Shown here: positions 50,790 to 62,961 of the stretch, in pieces
How the letters are laid out: every line of letters starts with the position of its first letter
Position numbering within the stretch: the stretch's first letter is position 1
DNA from: Alloascoidea hylecoeti
Taxonomy: Eukaryota
Assembly: GCA_001600815.1 (NCBI GenBank)
Contig: BCKZ01000006.1
Location: 964,137-1,028,136, forward strand
Direction: 5' to 3'
DNA length: 64,000 nucleotides
Made by a program: the position numbers and the translations under genes
Notes under the pieces: model-generated
The model's input: only the letters and a program-made list of their open reading frames with translations
Database searches by the model: none
Told to the model about the DNA's origin: nothing

Positions 50790-52261
50790 TTAGCAGTCAT
50801 TGCTATTTTATTTTTGTTGTTCGTTTTATGCTATCCACCGGTAGTTCTTGGGATTTTATTTGATTTATGTCATTAACTGTGTCTATATATTGAAATAAAA
50901 ACTTTTAATGTTGAAATTAATATATTAACACTTATAATCAATTCACAAGAAGTCTTACTATAAAGTGTTTCTCAATGTAGATGTAGTGTGGGGTGTGAAT
51001 TTGTGATTAAGACTTGTGTTTAGCGCTTTTTACATATATTTAGATGCTTGTATTTTTGACCAATTTGAATCATAAGCCTGAAGTGGCTATAATTAAATAT
51101 TATCATAAAAGTTTAATTTTTAAAAAGCTTGTAATTATGATTAAAACCAAGTTAGGAATATCTAATAAGGTTTACATAGATAAAGAAATTTCAATAGTTC
51201 TATTATTAGCTAAATTTATTCTTTCAAGCTTATCAACAATTACAAGAACTTATCAGTTATAATTTATAATATAGCCAAATCATATTTTTCATTTACGATC
51301 AGAAAAGGGAATATAAGCTTGTACTAATTAAGAATAATTAAGATTATAATGCTATAAGGAGCCTTTCTTTTATCTGACTAATATTTATATAATGATAAAG
51401 AGCTAGAAAATAAAATTATTAATAATATTATGTGCTTATATTATATTATCAATGAAAACCTATTTAGTTTAGTGTTACATTTGTTAATTAATTATAAGCT
51501 TAGCTTTACGGTAATGGCAGTTATAATTTCGTATTAACAATTGAATAAAGAGCCGCAGCCATACAGATCAAGAGGTTTAAAATTTAAATGGATGTGAAAT
51601 ATTATGTATATGGATATAATTAATTAATATGATGATGATCATGATCATAAGTTTATAACAATAAATTCAATAATGGAACGGGAAACAAGAATTACGGTAT
51701 AATGATGTCTTAGAAATTTCAGCACGTGCATATATCGTTGCGTAATTAATGAATATATTGCAATTGGTATTAGGTGAGACTCTCCACTAATGTTGTAATT
51801 AGGTCGTACAAAATTTAAAGAAATAATCAGTCTGAAATTCTCTAAATCCTGCTCCACAATCCATATAGGGTGTAGCACTGTAGCTACATAGTTAATTTAT
51901 AGCTTTATCTTGCAATTGCCATGGGCTTGGGTCACGTAGTTAATCCATGGAACAAAAGTTATTCTAATTATAAAGTTTAATTTTCATAATGACAGATCCA
52001 TTAATTGTAATGACAACAATAAACCTCACTATAACTTATTCTATAGCTATAATAGAATATGAATATTAATCTCATAATTTGTAAAAGTTTAATTATAATA
52101 CTAATATTTTGATATATATCTGACCGAATGAAAACTTATATCTAGTTACTAATTATAATATTTGGATTATTAATATTAATCAACAAAAAGATCATCCCAA
52201 ATGAAGCTTCAAATGAATTTTAAAAATTTAAGGAAAGATAAACAAGTCATGTTAGCTTCAT

Positions 52262-53014
52262 TTAAGCCTCAATGGCTTGTAACGCATTCTCAAAAAAGTT
52301 TGGATCATCTTCTAAACCTTCCTTAACAATATCTAAACCACCTTGTAATTCACCACCGATATATAGTTGAGGGAAAGTAGGCCAATCTGAATATGTCTTC
52401 AAACCTTGTCTAACTTCATCGTCCTTTAGGATATCAAAGAAACCAAATTTGACTTTATGCTCCCTTAATATAGCTACCAATTGACGTGAAAACCCACATT
52501 TTGGAGACGCTGGTGTTCCCTTCATAAATAACATTATAGGAGCAGCCGATACCAATTTACCTAAACGGGTATTAAGATCATCGGGTGTTTCCTGTGTTGA
52601 TAGAATGTCTTTTACCACGGCATTGCTGTTGTTAGGGGGAGTATTTGTAGTAGTCGAATTGGAGTTATTATTGTCTATACTCTGACCATTTTGATTTGCC
52701 TCAGAAATAGCTGAGGCCAATTCTTTAGGATCTGCACCAGATAACTCTTTAATGATGGTACCATCTCTAACAAACACAAAGTAGGGAACAGCCGAAACAT
52801 CGAAAAGCTCGGCAATGTCGGCATGATCATCAGCGTTGATTGATAGAAACTGAGCCTGTGGATTAGCTTGCGCTAGAGCATCGAAAACAGAGCTCATTTG
52901 TTGACATGGAGCAGCCCATGGAGTATGAAAGTACAAAGCGATCAACTGTGTAGGATTGGCATTTCCTGTTAAAGACTGGAAATGGCTCTCTGAAGAGATT
53001 TGGACCACCGACAT
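52262..53014 (-). CDS. GRX3: Monothiol glutaredoxin with thioredoxin domain (Grx3/Grx4)
   Basis: WAAPC Trx-like domain; LFMKGTP..PKCGFS; WPTFPQLY; GGLDI. Confidence 0.95.
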   Translation of the reverse strand: MSVVQISSESHFQSLTGNANPTQLIALYFHTPWAAPCQQMSSVFDALAQANPQAQFLSINADDHADIAELFDVSAVPYFVFVRDGTIIKELSGADPKELASAISEANQNGQSIDNNNSNSTTTNTPPNNSNAVVKDILSTQETPDDLNTRLGKLVSAAPIMLFMKGTPASPKCGFSRQLVAILREHKVKFGFFDILKDDEVRQGLKTYSDWPTFPQLYIGGELQGGLDIVKEGLEDDPNFFENALQAIEA

Positions 53015-53348
53015 GAGTAATTATAGGAAAATAGTTGTTTTATTGTCAGTTAGAACATAACCCTAAAAATGATGACAGAAAAAAAGTCCAAGGTGATAGC
53101 ACGTGTCTGGTATTACGTAATCATGAGAATCAACTAATAATTATGTCACCTACTGCACAAATACGCAGATGCATAAGTGCATATATAGGTGCAGGAACCA
53201 TGCGCTTAAGGTATGCCAGGCTATTTTAGTATTTTTCTCCGTCACGCCTATACGCTTTTACTCTTTACTACTCTTTCTTTCCCTCTTCTTTCTCTTCTTT
53301 CTTTTCTAAAACTTCAGATTACTCTCGCTTCGCTTCAGATTCTCAGAA

Positions 53349-53990
53349 ATGGACACCTTGGTGCTTCAAAATGACGCTTGGAGCCCTTGTTCTTCCTGGC
53401 TATCACTAAACCTCGATCCTGCATTTCCCTTTACTCCCTCCACTATTCGGAACCGCAGGCTTTACACAATAAAAGAGGATGAAGAGGAGTTTGGCGTGGA
53501 TTATATAAGAAAACGGCAAGAACAGGAATTTGCCCGTCTTAACCAAAACAGAATACAACCGAAACCAATATTGGATCACCTGGACTCTTTTGACTCAATA
53601 TTGGAAAACCAACTGGAAAACAACAGCCTCAAAGATGAAGATCATCAACCATCTCTTCGCCACAACCGTTCTTTTGAATCATCAGATTCGGTACCCCAGC
53701 GGTCGCTTTCTTTGCCGAATTTAAACATGCATACACGAATAGTTATTAATAATAATAATAAATCATGGTCCAATTTAAAAACAAAACTTAATAAAATGAA
53801 GTTTAAATTAAAATTGCACAAATCTGATCACAATTCCGAACTTCCACATTTACAATTGCATATCTCAACATCTAGCGGTTCTTCCTCTAATGATTCATGT
53901 TCTGAAGAAGATGATAAAGAACTCTTCGATTTTGAAGAATGGTCCCCAAATAATAATTCATCTCCTCAAAATATCCACAATCCTATTTAA
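53349..53990 (+). CDS. Hypothetical protein, 213 aa, probably disordered
   Basis: ATG-initiated 642-nt ORF divergent from GRX3, preceded by a pyrimidine-rich leader. Confidence 0.65.
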   Translation: MDTLVLQNDAWSPCSSWLSLNLDPAFPFTPSTIRNRRLYTIKEDEEEFGVDYIRKRQEQEFARLNQNRIQPKPILDHLDSFDSILENQLENNSLKDEDHQPSLRHNRSFESSDSVPQRSLSLPNLNMHTRIVINNNNKSWSNLKTKLNKMKFKLKLHKSDHNSELPHLQLHISTSSGSSSNDSCSEEDDKELFDFEEWSPNNNSSPQNIHNPI

Positions 53991-56900
53991 ACTCGATATA
54001 ATGCACAATACCACTTCCGCTGAACTCCAACTTAGCTAGCTGACTAGTTAGCGAAAATTGCTATACTCACTACTTATTATATATCTCTCTTTCTCTTTCC
54101 TAAAAAAAATTATTAATCAATCAACTTGTTACAACATTTCCCCTCTTCCGAAAGCCACAAAATTGCATTGGCTACTCTCTAAGGATTTGGTTAGCTCAAT
54201 TACCCAAGCATTGTCTTTTTGGTTTTTCTATCACCACTACCAGTTTTAACGGTCCTTTCTAAAAAAAATTCATTACATTTCAGCATAATTGATCAAGCAT
54301 TATTTTTGCTAGATTCATATTCATACTCATATTTGATGTTATGTTCTTTTTTATTGTCTTATTTCCTTAATTATGTTTGTTCTTTGAATTCTTACTTAAT
54401 ACTCTTTCGACATCCATTTGATTTCTCTTCATTTATTCATATCTCTAGCTAGTGGTTTATTTGTTTTTGTGGTGCTTTTTATTCACTTGATGCCTCTCAT
54501 TATATTCTTTTTTTNATTGGAATTTAATTATCCGTCTAAGGAAAACATGACTTACCATAATTATAATTATAAATTACAATATTTCTATTAATTATGACGA
54601 TGTATTGTTTCATTTACTTTTATATTTTATATTTTATATTTTTATTTGTTTTAAAATCTATACCTATATCTCTCTCTCTATTAATGTCTAACTACTGTCT
54701 TACTTAAAATTTTTATTTATATTCTCAAATTGTGTCAATTAATTAATTTATATAATAAGGTTTTTATCGGAAACAAAAAAAAGATTCTCATGAAGTGGCA
54801 AAATTAAACAACATAACATGTGTTTCGTCGTAATATCAAAATATATGTAAAAGAAAAATTCCGATTACAAGCGGTTAATAATGTTTTAAAGTCAAGCCTA
54901 AGGCGAGTTGAAAAAAATCAAACTAAAATTTATCGAAGTTTAAAAAAAAGGCAAAGGCAAATTTAATGAGGAGGTCATTTTTGCGCACTGTATGAAAATA
55001 TTATGAATAGACGTTGTACTTTTACATGTTTTTTTAAAATATTATTGTTTTATATATACTGCCTGCTTTAACGATCTAGGATTATTGTAAATAAAGTATA
55101 CGTAATGTGCTTATATATTGCGATATTAAGTGTTCGGTAGATATTATGGTAAGCTATTATATATGGATGATCAACCACTAGTGTGCCCACCGTGATCACA
55201 TATTCACCATAAGAAACACAACGACTAAAACTTTTTATTTAACTATTTATTGCCTATGATAATAAAAGGTACTCATAGTAGGTAAGACAGGAGAATTTGG
55301 TAGTTTTTCTTATAATGATATCGATTGTATACGTAATACAATTGCAAGCATATGGCGTCTCAAAGGATGTATATAACTTATCCTATTTTATACTACTTCC
55401 ACTACCATGCCATGAATGTTTGACCCACATACATGGTAAAACTTCACCACTCAAGCATGTAGGCGTGTATGTATCTAATTGCAATTGATTTATGGATATT
55501 TTTATTCTCATGCAAGCGCTATATTCGTACAATTAATGATCTTATCCAGTTATTTAAGATGGAGGTTATATCGCGATCGAAATTCGATAAAGAATAATCT
55601 TAATTATAATTAATTAGATATTTTTAAAACGTTTAACTTTATCGTAGATATATATTTGTATATAAACCTTTTATAGGTCGAATATATAGATCAAGATCGT
55701 ATATATAAGAATTGCGTCCATAAAAACCGATTTGGATTCTTAAGGATATTAAATAATATTTAGTCTTCATCTATAAATAGAATACTTCAAAGGGCAACCT
55801 TCTGAAACGGTTGCAGGTCTACATGAGCAGAAACAATCGAAAAAGGAAGTCATATGTGATCTGCTTCTGCAGCCTCTGCAGCCTAATGAAAACGTACTAT
55901 AAAACAGAGATGATCCTGGATCTAACCAAATATTATGTATTCTTAGTAATATATTACTAAGAATGCTTATTAACGCGGGGAAATGTCCCAAGTGTGATTG
56001 TGTATGTTTCAACCTTTTAGGACATCGTCCACACCATATTTGGGGCGATGTTTCGGTTACGCTGGTAACTTGGTATCAATTCCGATCTGGATGAGTAATG
56101 ATTGGGGGAAATAGGGTTATCAGCTTACCATCAAAATTCAATTTAGCGACTTGGCATGAAATGATAACGATAAAGCCAAAAATAGAAACAGAAACAGAAA
56201 CGTAGCAAAGCAGAAGAGATAAATGATTTATATGGCAAATGTGCAATTTTGACTTTTGAGATAGAAATGTATTGAAATAGTCATTCACTTGATTGGTGGT
56301 CGGGATAAAGTTAAGTCCATATTTTGGAGGGATAGCTTTTAATTGTTTGGGATAGGTGGATGTATCGCCAACTCTTCCTTCGATGATAATTGCATTATAA
56401 TCAAATATAATCATATGAGACATATAAAAAAGATACGGACATATGGTATTTGCAATTGTATAATATTATTTTAGAACAAAAAAAAGACTTTAATTAAAGA
56501 ATATTAACATTACTTCCTATACGTATTCGGAAGTCTTATATATAACATATGAGACAAATTCAAAGCTAACAATTCTCAGGTTATCTTTTCTTTTTAAAAG
56601 TCATATTATATTGTTACACATATAATTAATATTTATCAAAATGCTGGCGCAATTAAGCTCATTATTAAATAACTTACACACTATATATAAAGCTAGTAAC
56701 AAAAACTTACTACCTAATGATAGTATTTTTGGACCTTAGAGAGAAAAAAAAGGAGCCGATGAAGTAGAGCTTGAGGTATACTAAGTTTAATTATTAATGA
56801 TATATTACTTATTGGCTTAGCTGTAAGTGGTTATATGACAGCAATTTCCCTACCTGCCGAGGCTCTATATCTGCTGAACGTTGACGAGGGTGATTGATAT

Positions 56901-58516
56901 ATTGGCTTTCTAAGCCCATTTTTTTTTGTATTGCATTAATCCAACCTGGGCTTGACCTCTGAAAAAATGAATCATGAACTCTACGTCACAATGGAAAAAT
57001 ACTGACGAAAATTCCTAGTAAATATTACTCTGATTCCTCCTAATGTGATTGATGTCGACTACATTTTGCACGGTGAAAAAAACAAAATCCAAATCCTAAA
57101 AGTAAGATCACTCCACACCGTATATCTTCACTTTGGCGAACTCATACGATTCAGTAGGGAAATTATATATATGGACTTGTATGCCCACTTTATATCCTAT
57201 GAGGTCATGGAGCCAAATAGAGACAATAGAAGAAGCAACTGCTAAGACCTTCACAGTCCTTTTGATCATCCAACTTCTAAGTTATAATTTTAAAGAATTT
57301 CTTTACACGCGCATCCACAGATATTAGTGTTGTAACCGTTTCCACTAGAGGTAAAGGAATATTGTTATTTTAGCAACATACGAAGCTTGTTATTTTTACT
57401 CATTTTGTAGTAGAAAAACCTTTACACAACTGTGGTATTGTTTAATAGCTTAATACTTCATTATAAAATACTCCTATATAATATGTTAGCTAATAGCTAT
57501 AGGACTGTCAGTTCTTAGCATTTGAGAATCGATCGATAATATAGTTAAAGCTGATTAATAGTAAGCCATGAGTATATTATTTGTAAAGGGTGAGTTTCGC
57601 GATATCCGCCAGTATAACTGCTAAAATACACTTTAAAATTTACAAATACTAAACTTTTTTCCTGATTCTTTAAAGTTTAAACAAGCATTTGGCGTCTTTC
57701 AGCTGATTAGATTTTCTGAACTCGCGACTGCTACGAAACTTACCCTTTATGAGAACTGTAAATGAAAAAAATGATATACAACAAAGTATTTTGTTGACCT
57801 AATATAAGTTATACCTGGACAAATTTAACATCAATCCAATTGAGATTTATAATTAATTGGTTTCATGCCATCATTATTATGATCATAATATATAAGGTTC
57901 AATATTCTAATATTAATTGTACCTGCATTTTCATCAGTCTGAAGTCATGATTTATTGAGTGATAAAATTTAAATATCTTATAATCAATTAAAATCAGATC
58001 TAGAGGCCCAGAAGTTGAGATATCCACACTGATTCCACATAGACCTATAATTAAATTATACATATGAATTGATCCAAAATGTAATTAAAATTAATAAAAA
58101 TTTAAGATTTGAAACACAATCTGAATCATTTATTCTTTAAATGAGACTGAGTCGGTCATTCCACTTAATTTCGGCCATGCATTGTTTACTTTCAAGATTC
58201 AAGTGGATTTATTCCGTTAGAATTCACATCAAGTACTGTACTTCCAAAAGTGGTCGAGATTAAATAAAAAGACTTTAATTTTGGTGTTTTCGATAAATTT
58301 TGACAACATAATTAACAGTTTTGGCTATCATGGAGACACATAATTAGTATTACCATTTACATTAACATTTTATTAGGGTCACCAGGTATTCGCAAATAGC
58401 TTAAAATGATTCAAAAGTAAGTGTATAGAATATTCGTTATCTGTAACTATTATTTTCGTCACCTGCGCAATGAATCTTCACTAAGATCTTACACAATGAG
58501 TCGAACTATCATAATA

Positions 58517-58528
58517 CATCACGTGATG
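58517..58528. promoter_or_regulatory. Palindromic E-box CATCACGTGATG (Cbf1/Tye7-type) upstream of the CCA1-like gene
   Basis: 12-bp palindrome 70 bp upstream of ATG 58598; TCACGTG also at 5552, 25584 and 49668. Confidence 0.4.
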
Positions 58529-58597
58529 CTGCATCTTAATTAATAATTGAACTACACCCTTAAATTTTTCTTAATTAGATTTATATACAGATTCCTT

Positions 58598-60346
58598 ATG
58601 ATAAAGAGGTGCCATTTCATAAAACCTACACGCATTCTTTCTACTTTATCACCTATAATAATTTCCAAAATAACAGCCATCAAAAGTTTGAAAAACAAAC
58701 GGGATTTTTCTGCTTCAAACTTCTTGGATCAGTTACCACAATTCAAAAAGTCCAAAATAAACATGGATTTTAGGAAATTGTCACAACCTCCAATTAAGGA
58801 AGTCAATACAAATATTGTACTTACAAAAACCGAAGAGAGTATTAAATCTCTATTATTGGACTTTGCAAATAATTTTAAAAATAATGACAATTGCAATAAC
58901 AATGACAATAACAATGACAATAAAAATGAAAATGAAGATGAAGAGAAAACACCTTTGGAATTACGTATTAGTGGTGGATGGGTTCGAGATAAATTACTTG
59001 GTTTAGAATCCACTGATATTGATATAGCTATAAATATAATGTCAGGTAAAGATCTGGTGAAATTTTTACTCGAATACATTGAACAAAATGAAATTAAGTA
59101 TCCAAAAGTAGTTGAAAAAGGAAAATCGTTTTATACGATAGCACAAAATCATGAGAGGTCAAAACATTTAGAAACAACAACAGCTAAATTATACGGAATA
59201 TCAATTGATTTTGTTAATTTAAGATCTAAAGGTTATAATGCTGCAGATGAAACCTCTAATCTCAAAATTGGAACCCCAGAGGAGGATGCCCTAAGACGAG
59301 ATGCAACATTAAATGCTCTATTTTATAATTTAAACACCTCTAATATTGAAGACTATACAGGAAAGGGAATCAATGATCTAAAAAATGGAATATTAAGAAC
59401 CCCCTTACCACCCATCGAGACATTCCGTGATGATCCTTTGAGGATCTTAAGACTAATTCGTTTTGCTTCTAAATATAATTTCCAGATTAGTGAGGATACG
59501 CTGAATGCAATGGCTCAACCCGAAATGAGAGATTACATAAAATCAAAGATAAGTAGGGAAAGAATTGGAACTGAATTTCAAAAGATTTTAACAAGTCAAA
59601 ATCCAGCTTTGGGACTTTCATTAGTTGAAGAGGTTGGATTATATAACTCAGTTTTCACTTTGAGCCCTAAATCATTAGCAACTTCTGAATCAATAATCTC
59701 TGAAACAGCACTAAGGGATATTATACAAGTCACTAAGAAAGTATTCGAATCTAGTTCATTGCCAACCGGGTTTGAGATTTTCAAAACAGATGCAGAATAT
59801 AAAAAACTTTTATGGTTTTTACTTGCTTTACAACCTTGGGGTTCAAAAGTTCCAGATAAAAATATTCAAATGGAGTTTGATTTGCTCAAACGATCATTAC
59901 CTTCAAGTAAACATGAGTATGAGTTCATTCGTACTGCAATGATCCTACAACCTCAGATTTCAAATCTTGTTACTAGAGCAGATGATAAATTCGAAAGAAA
60001 ACCAATAGCCAGAGCCATCAAAACAGCTGGCGAGAAATGGTTGATTAGTATTGCTTATAGCGCTATAATCGACATCCTACAAGGACCAAGCAATGGCAAA
60101 GATTTAGACAATATTTTATCAATATATAAATTATTTCTAGAATATGTCAACGGTCAGAAACTTGGTGACAGTTGGAAATTAAAACCATTAATTGATGGTA
60201 AATTTATTTCAAAAACTGTTGGCAGAAAGCCTGGGCCATGGTTAAATGTAACATTGAATAAGGTATTGGATTGGCAATTTGAGAATCCGGATGCGACTAG
60301 AGAGGATTGCATCTCAAACATAAACTTATTTGTCGATGAATTATAG
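58598..60346 (+). CDS. CCA1: Class II tRNA nucleotidyltransferase (Cca1 family), possibly CC-adding only; in-frame ATGs at 58598 and 58763
   Basis: Motif A GGWVRDKLLG..STDIDIAI; SKHLET; GTPEEDALRRDATLNALFYN; DDPLRILRLIRFA; KISRERIG; KPLIDG..KPGPW. Confidence 0.92.
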   Translation: MIKRCHFIKPTRILSTLSPIIISKITAIKSLKNKRDFSASNFLDQLPQFKKSKINMDFRKLSQPPIKEVNTNIVLTKTEESIKSLLLDFANNFKNNDNCNNNDNNNDNKNENEDEEKTPLELRISGGWVRDKLLGLESTDIDIAINIMSGKDLVKFLLEYIEQNEIKYPKVVEKGKSFYTIAQNHERSKHLETTTAKLYGISIDFVNLRSKGYNAADETSNLKIGTPEEDALRRDATLNALFYNLNTSNIEDYTGKGINDLKNGILRTPLPPIETFRDDPLRILRLIRFASKYNFQISEDTLNAMAQPEMRDYIKSKISRERIGTEFQKILTSQNPALGLSLVEEVGLYNSVFTLSPKSLATSESIISETALRDIIQVTKKVFESSSLPTGFEIFKTDAEYKKLLWFLLALQPWGSKVPDKNIQMEFDLLKRSLPSSKHEYEFIRTAMILQPQISNLVTRADDKFERKPIARAIKTAGEKWLISIAYSAIIDILQGPSNGKDLDNILSIYKLFLEYVNGQKLGDSWKLKPLIDGKFISKTVGRKPGPWLNVTLNKVLDWQFENPDATREDCISNINLFVDEL

Positions 60347-62339
60347 GTAGTGTAGAATTTCTTTCCATTCAATTATTATTATATACACCGTTATATCGTC
60401 AAACCATGTTACCGAATAGAATTAATTTATCGGGCACCCCAAAAATAGACTCCTATAATCTACGTAATCTCATAATTCTGATAATATAGTTGTATGTTCG
60501 ATATAATTTTGTAAATCTTGTTGGGTGTGAACTTTCTTCTAAGATTTAAAGTATCCAACACATATCTCTCTTTTTATCTCAAGATAATTGTATTAATTCC
60601 ACTTAGGGAATATTAGATGTTGATTTATGCCCTTAAACAAATATCCTCAAGGGGTGTAGGATACTTTATTAGCTCATATTTCCACCACGGTACTCAAAGA
60701 TCCTCTAAAAACTATTCTAGGTGTAATTGAGACTTCTAAGAGGGGAAAGGCATTAATTATACACAATTATTTGGTTACAACAAAGAGAGATGGGCGTCGG
60801 AAGCTTGGAGCTAGTGAACTCAATATACCCTGCATGACGACCACACCTTGGCCACAAGATTTAAAAAATTAAATATCGAACATGTATATTACCAGAATTA
60901 TGAGATCAAATGGATGTTAGCAATGCTATTTTCAATAATTTATAAGGCCTTATATATTTCTAGTTTTGCAATTCGTGGTTGAAATGTAATAATTTTGGAT
61001 GCACTATACATATGCGGATAACCTTTCTGTCTTTCTGACGGACTGAAAAATAGTTGTAAGATCAAAAAAGTATTCATACAATAATACTCTACGAGATATC
61101 AAATTTCGTGATAAACTTTAATCAGTTTAAATTTAGTAATTATAATAACCAATTTATTAATTTCTAAAACGGGTATCACTTTTTCTTTGTTCAAATGAGA
61201 TGCTACTGTTATATATTTTGATGTTAAAGGGTCATGTTGCAGCTTTATCTTGTATTTGGTAATTAGAGTGTCAATCATGCATGATTGCAAAGCTTGATAT
61301 TATGTTGACTGTAGATATTTATGTACCTTTATATATGAGAATTTCAAATCTGCAGAAATCAAATTTATAAAATATAACTTATAGTTGAGGGTATAAATAC
61401 CCCATAACCGGTGAGTGAGACTGCCACAACATATATATCATTCGTGACCAACCAAAACTATATCTTCACAAATATGCATATAATTAATAATTAATATGAT
61501 CATAATAGACTATTGATGTAATTATAACTTTGCACGATATTTCAAAAATTTCAGAAGCATTTACACTCCAAAATATTTTAAACTATCTCAAATGATGATC
61601 TTTTCATCTTCAATAAGAAACTGTATATTGATAATTTTTCATTTTCTAGGTTATTTTATAAATTTTATATGTCAATCTGATCTGGTTCATAGCACATCCA
61701 ATTTGAGATCTAAATGTCGGCTCAATTCTTAATGCCCGCCATTGAGATTTGTAAAAATTCGCACATACGGTTCCAGCATCTATAAATAATACTTCTATGA
61801 AGATAAAAAGGTACAAATCTAATTATATTTTTCCATTTAAGGTGCATATAACAGTATACATAAATGCTACTTGACTGACTGTCCTTATCTACGTTATAAT
61901 TACAGAATTAATGATCTGGTAGCTAGTCATAAATGAGAGTGACGTTTATAATGTGGTATATAATGATTCCATCTATAATGTAGATGGTGATATATCTGAG
62001 TAGTTTTAGTAACATGGTATTTGTACCATTGTAAAATTATGATAACGATCGCAACTAATATACTATACATAATTATAACCTCATACAGGTATACAATTCT
62101 GTAATGACTGTTATTATTAATAATATAATATATTATAACTATGTACTTGTATCCCATAATAATGATGAAAAAACGTTTTATTTCTTTTAAATACAATCAA
62201 TTTTCAATTATGATATCGCTACTCATATATGATTATAACATTCCATATTTGACATGAGTTGAGTTTAAGCGTAAAAGAGGACTGCTTCCGAGATTTAATA
62301 GCTATACTTGGACGGGTTTGGGCAGAATCAGAAAGCAAG

Positions 62340-62367
62340 TCGGATCGGATCGGATCGGATCGGATCG
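62340..62367. repeat. (CGGAT)n pentamer repeat, about 5 units
   Basis: Read directly. Confidence 0.85.
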
Positions 62368-62961
62368 ACTATCGATGCGACCGATTATATTATCAGTTTA
62401 GATTGTAAGCCACCGTTAAATCTAATCTTTCCATGTATCTACTCATTAAAATATTTGTAGTTAATTTAAGTCCTGATTGAGAGCATTGTTTCGCATTCGT
62501 TTTACCCCGTGATTATAAATTTAAATTTATGCCTAATTTGATGATCCAGCAAGCAAGATATTTTCCGTAACAATATCAGCAAATTAGATAGTTATATATA
62601 ATCCTGTAACTGATGTAATATTTTATTGGTAATCGTATCTTCGTATGAGGCTTACTCCTTTTTAAGAATTTTAGTCAGTTACTTCATCATAAATTTAAAG
62701 CTTATATAAGACCTTAAAGAGTCACAATATTGCAATACACATATTTATAAATTTATGCATTATTACAAGTAAATAGTTATTATAAACAACAGTTTACCAG
62801 CTGTCTTGTTTACAACAGGTCCTAATATGTAATATATATGCATTGAAACTATGAGAGATTATGAAGTTTAAGTTTATAAAATAATAATACAGTAATAAAT
62901 GTAAATAAGAGTTATAAATTTAAACTTAACAACTATGATTAATTAATGTTGAATAAATGGC

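Noticed and set aside
54515..54515. Single N base
   Set aside because: Assembly ambiguity at the end of a T-run; not biological
55767..57327. Short ORFs in the 54.5-58.5 kb intergenic region
   Set aside because: No recognisable motifs or splice links; may be decayed elements but unsupported
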